Assembly (NCBI RefSeq): GCF_027921745.1
Contig: NC_079238.1
Coordinates: 5,208,001-5,272,000, forward strand
Origin: Schizosaccharomyces osmophilus
Lineage: Eukaryota
Direction: 5' to 3'
DNA length: 64,000 bases
In this document: positions 61,266 to 64,000 of the stretch, one piece after another
How positions within the stretch are numbered: the first letter of the stretch is position 1
Layout of the letters: each line of letters opens with the position of its first letter
Notes under the pieces: model-generated
The model's database searches: none
What the model saw: only the letters and a program-made list of their open reading frames with translations
Told to the model about the DNA's origin: nothing
Translations under genes and position numbers: made by a program

Positions 61266-62723
61266 ATGTGGATCGAAACTGGAAGGTGGATTCGCTTGTT
61301 GATAGCCTTTAGCTTTCTTCTTGCAGTGCAATGCGTGCAAGAACCTTTGGTGAAGGGAGGGGAACGAGAGTCCATGCTCGATATGGAGAAAATAAAATAC
61401 TTTAATTCTACGCGCCTTCAAAAAATTATGGATGAATTAGTCGAAAACGAGCCCTCTTTCTTAATTGCCTCGAAAACGGCTGCTGACATGAGCGACGTGG
61501 AGCGGAAGCAAACTGTACAAGATCTAAAAACAGTTGCACAGTCCTTAAAAGAAAGCGACTCTCATCTGGCATCCTTGAAAGCAAGCAAGGATACTTCTCT
61601 CAAAAAAGGGTTCTGGAGCAAGGAGACTGATAACCATTCGCTTTCCACAGACACTACATTGTGTGCTTCGATCAAAAAGAATATGGAAGAATTTTTTTCT
61701 TTTGCACCTGGTGTAAATGGGTTTCTTGCAACTCTTCTTACAGCCTTTCCACCAAACATCTTTATCCTCATTGTGCCCAAAAACCTCAACACAGGTATCT
61801 TAAACCTGCTTGTTGCCATCTCTGCCGGAAGCCTATTGGGGGACGTCTTTGGCCATTTGCTACCAGAAATCTACGAAAAAGCTGAAGAGGGTACGAATGC
61901 TACTTCACCGACCGTATCCGTATTGGCAGGCATTTTGATCTTTTTCTTTATGGACAAAGGTCTTCGCATCCTTCTTTCGTCGAATGGAGGCCATCATGGT
62001 CATCATCATAGTCAGCAAATCAAGGAAAAGAAATCCGAAAAGAACGTGCCCGCATCCTCCACCACACAGCATGAACGCCTTGATCCTTCTTCTCATAAAT
62101 TACGAAAACGCCGCAGCAATGACAATCATGCGACATTGAATGATGACACCCCAACACAAGTAGAAAAAAAGAACGAGGAAGCGAATGAATCAGCTTCTTC
62201 CAACAAAACAATTGCCTACTTAAATCTATTTTCCGACTGTTTCCACAACTTTATGGATGGTTTGGCCATTACCACTTCGTTTTTCGCAAACACGTCCATT
62301 GGCATTACCACGACCTGCGCCGTGTTTCTTCATGAAATTCCTGCCGAAGTTGGCGACTTGGCTATCCTATTGCGGAATGGGTATACAAAACTGCAGACGT
62401 TTTCCTTTCAACTCATTACCATGTTTGCCGGCCTCTTGGGATCCATTACGAGTATATGGATTCATTCGGCTGCTCTCGCCTCTACTACAAAAGACGATGC
62501 CACATCTTTGTTGCCCCAAAGCTCGATTGCCTCTTTCCTTTTACAATTGGAAGACAAACTTTTGCCCTTTTCGGCTGGATGCTTCTTGTACATTGCTTGT
62601 CTAGGTGTTTTTCCCGAACTCCTTGAATTGAACCAAGAGCAAAGCAAATGTTCTCAGTTTTGCTATACAATTGCTTCTTCAATTTGTGTAGTTGTTGGAT
62701 TCGTGTTTTTGGTCTATATTTAA
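61266..62723 (+). CDS. zip3: ZIP (SLC39A7/Yke4-like) metal transporter
   Basis: Signal-like N-terminus from ATG 61266; GSLLGDVFGHLLPE, a His-rich loop, HNFMDG and HEIPAE. Confidence 0.8.
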   Translation: MWIETGRWIRLLIAFSFLLAVQCVQEPLVKGGERESMLDMEKIKYFNSTRLQKIMDELVENEPSFLIASKTAADMSDVERKQTVQDLKTVAQSLKESDSHLASLKASKDTSLKKGFWSKETDNHSLSTDTTLCASIKKNMEEFFSFAPGVNGFLATLLTAFPPNIFILIVPKNLNTGILNLLVAISAGSLLGDVFGHLLPEIYEKAEEGTNATSPTVSVLAGILIFFFMDKGLRILLSSNGGHHGHHHSQQIKEKKSEKNVPASSTTQHERLDPSSHKLRKRRSNDNHATLNDDTPTQVEKKNEEANESASSNKTIAYLNLFSDCFHNFMDGLAITTSFFANTSIGITTTCAVFLHEIPAEVGDLAILLRNGYTKLQTFSFQLITMFAGLLGSITSIWIHSAALASTTKDDATSLLPQSSIASFLLQLEDKLLPFSAGCFLYIACLGVFPELLELNQEQSKCSQFCYTIASSICVVVGFVFLVYI

Positions 62724-63199
62724 TCAAAATTTTTGTTCTATATATAAGTTTTATACAGCCATCACGATAATTTCTATTCTTTCTTTCTGATGATTTTGCG
62801 GTACACTACTCGAGTTGCACACGATAAAAAGAAAAAAAGGCTAAAGAATATTGTTTGAATGAAGTATTTCCCGCAGCAGACTGCTACATGGAACAAGAAA
62901 TCGCTAATGAAAAAACAGTACAGTCCCCAAAAATACACTAAAACTAACTAACTGCTCAAACTAGAGAACAGGATTTTTCCCAATTACAAATCTCAAAAGG
63001 ACAAAAGGATAAAACATTTTTTGTAAGGAATGAGAGAATATTATTCGTTAACTATCATTTCCATCATGAAAAGAGCTATGCTTATTCCATGAATTAAAGG
63101 AGGCATAAATCAGGTCAATCATCAGATTTATTGCATTTTAAGAGTTGTTGATGGCACACTCATAGAAGATATGACAATTGGAAGTAAGAGATATCCGTC

Positions 63200-63406
63200 T
63201 TACTTCTTGTCATCGACAAGACGACTGATCTTGTCGTGAGCATCTTGAGTAGAGCTTTTATTGTCATCAGAGGTAAAGTTCTTGGCGACCTTGTCGTAGG
63301 CACCAGTAAGTTGTTCCTTAGCCTTGTCGACAGTAGACTTGGAGGAGTCAGGAGTTACTTTCTCCTTGATTTGATCAGTGAAGGGCTTTCTTTCGGGATC
63401 AGACAT
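63200..63406 (-). CDS. hsp9: Heat shock protein Hsp9 (Hsp12 family)
   Basis: MSDPERKPFTDQIKEKVTPDSSKST..., 68 aa. Confidence 0.93.
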   Translation of the reverse strand: MSDPERKPFTDQIKEKVTPDSSKSTVDKAKEQLTGAYDKVAKNFTSDDNKSSTQDAHDKISRLVDDKK

Positions 63407-64000
63407 TTTGTAATAGTTGTTTGTTGTTAATCAATTAATTCAATCGATGCTGAATATTAAGAATTCGCTCTTCCTTTTATAGCTTGGGATGTTTACGTTC
63501 GATGTAATTATGACAGACGCCTACCCACATGTCATGTTGATATCACCTTACATTACTACATTACTGATGAGCGTATCTTGCCTCTATATGATGTAAATAT
63601 ATGGGGCGCTCGGTTAGTGCGGGCTTCCTCTCCAATCTTTAGCGAATTCAAAGGCCTGATGGGGATTGTGCGTAAATGGGGGTTACGTATCCATATCTAA
63701 TCAGAATGGATCAAATGCAGTACACTGGGTTGCAATGCAGTATACTATATTTGGAGTGCGTGGTGGGGTTCGTTACAACTGGATACCGTTTTCAGTCTAC
63801 AACGGTATTGTCTTACGGGTTCGTAATAGGGTATATTGAAAGAAAGGTAAAAAAGACAAAATTCTCTATTGTTTTGTTTTTTTTTTTTTTGTTTCTTAGA
63901 AGATAGAAAAGAATTTAAAGTTTCAAAAGGAATTCAATTTGCTTTTCGAGCGGTTGTTTTGGGAGAAAAAGGAATCTTTATTGTCGGTGGATTGCAACAA

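Noticed and set aside
1..64000. tRNA, 5S rDNA, wtf, retrotransposon or CRISPR-like arrays, and the many antisense shadow ORFs
   Set aside because: No B-box cloverleaf, 5S sequence, RT/integrase motifs or spaced repeats seen by eye. The shadow ORFs overlap well-supported genes.

Overview
This is eukaryotic, intron-rich fission-yeast DNA (Schizosaccharomyces). The proteins resemble but differ from S. pombe sequences as I recall them, so it is most likely the octosporus/cryophilus/osmophilus clade. The window holds 26 protein genes. From 1 to about 60.5 kb their order matches my recollection of the S. pombe chromosome I SPAC1805.01c/SPAC6F6/SPAPB2B4 block: ppk6, rif1, tpz1, ypt5, a G-patch gene, a DUF726 gene, atg24, a pyridoxal kinase, arc2, eaf6, cdc16, rps13, rax2, ost2, an MFS transporter, nog2, pof5, cch1, a UBTD-like gene, a thioesterase, vma5, pmc1, cig2 and grx5. 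A zip3-like gene and hsp9 follow, possibly across a synteny break. Many genes are split by short introns that the ORF track misses, so I rebuilt the exon structures by hand. The strongest non-coding signal is an H/ACA snoRNA (snR191/U19 type) inside the nog2 intron, closed by a perfect 14-bp stem. Other signals are candidate poison 3' splice sites in the G-patch gene and ypt5, a ribosomal-protein promoter box overlapping the cdc16 stop codon, and MCB, forkhead, GATA and CDRE-like motif clusters. I saw no tRNA, rRNA, CRISPR array or recognisable transposon. Gene names come from recalled similarity, not a database search.
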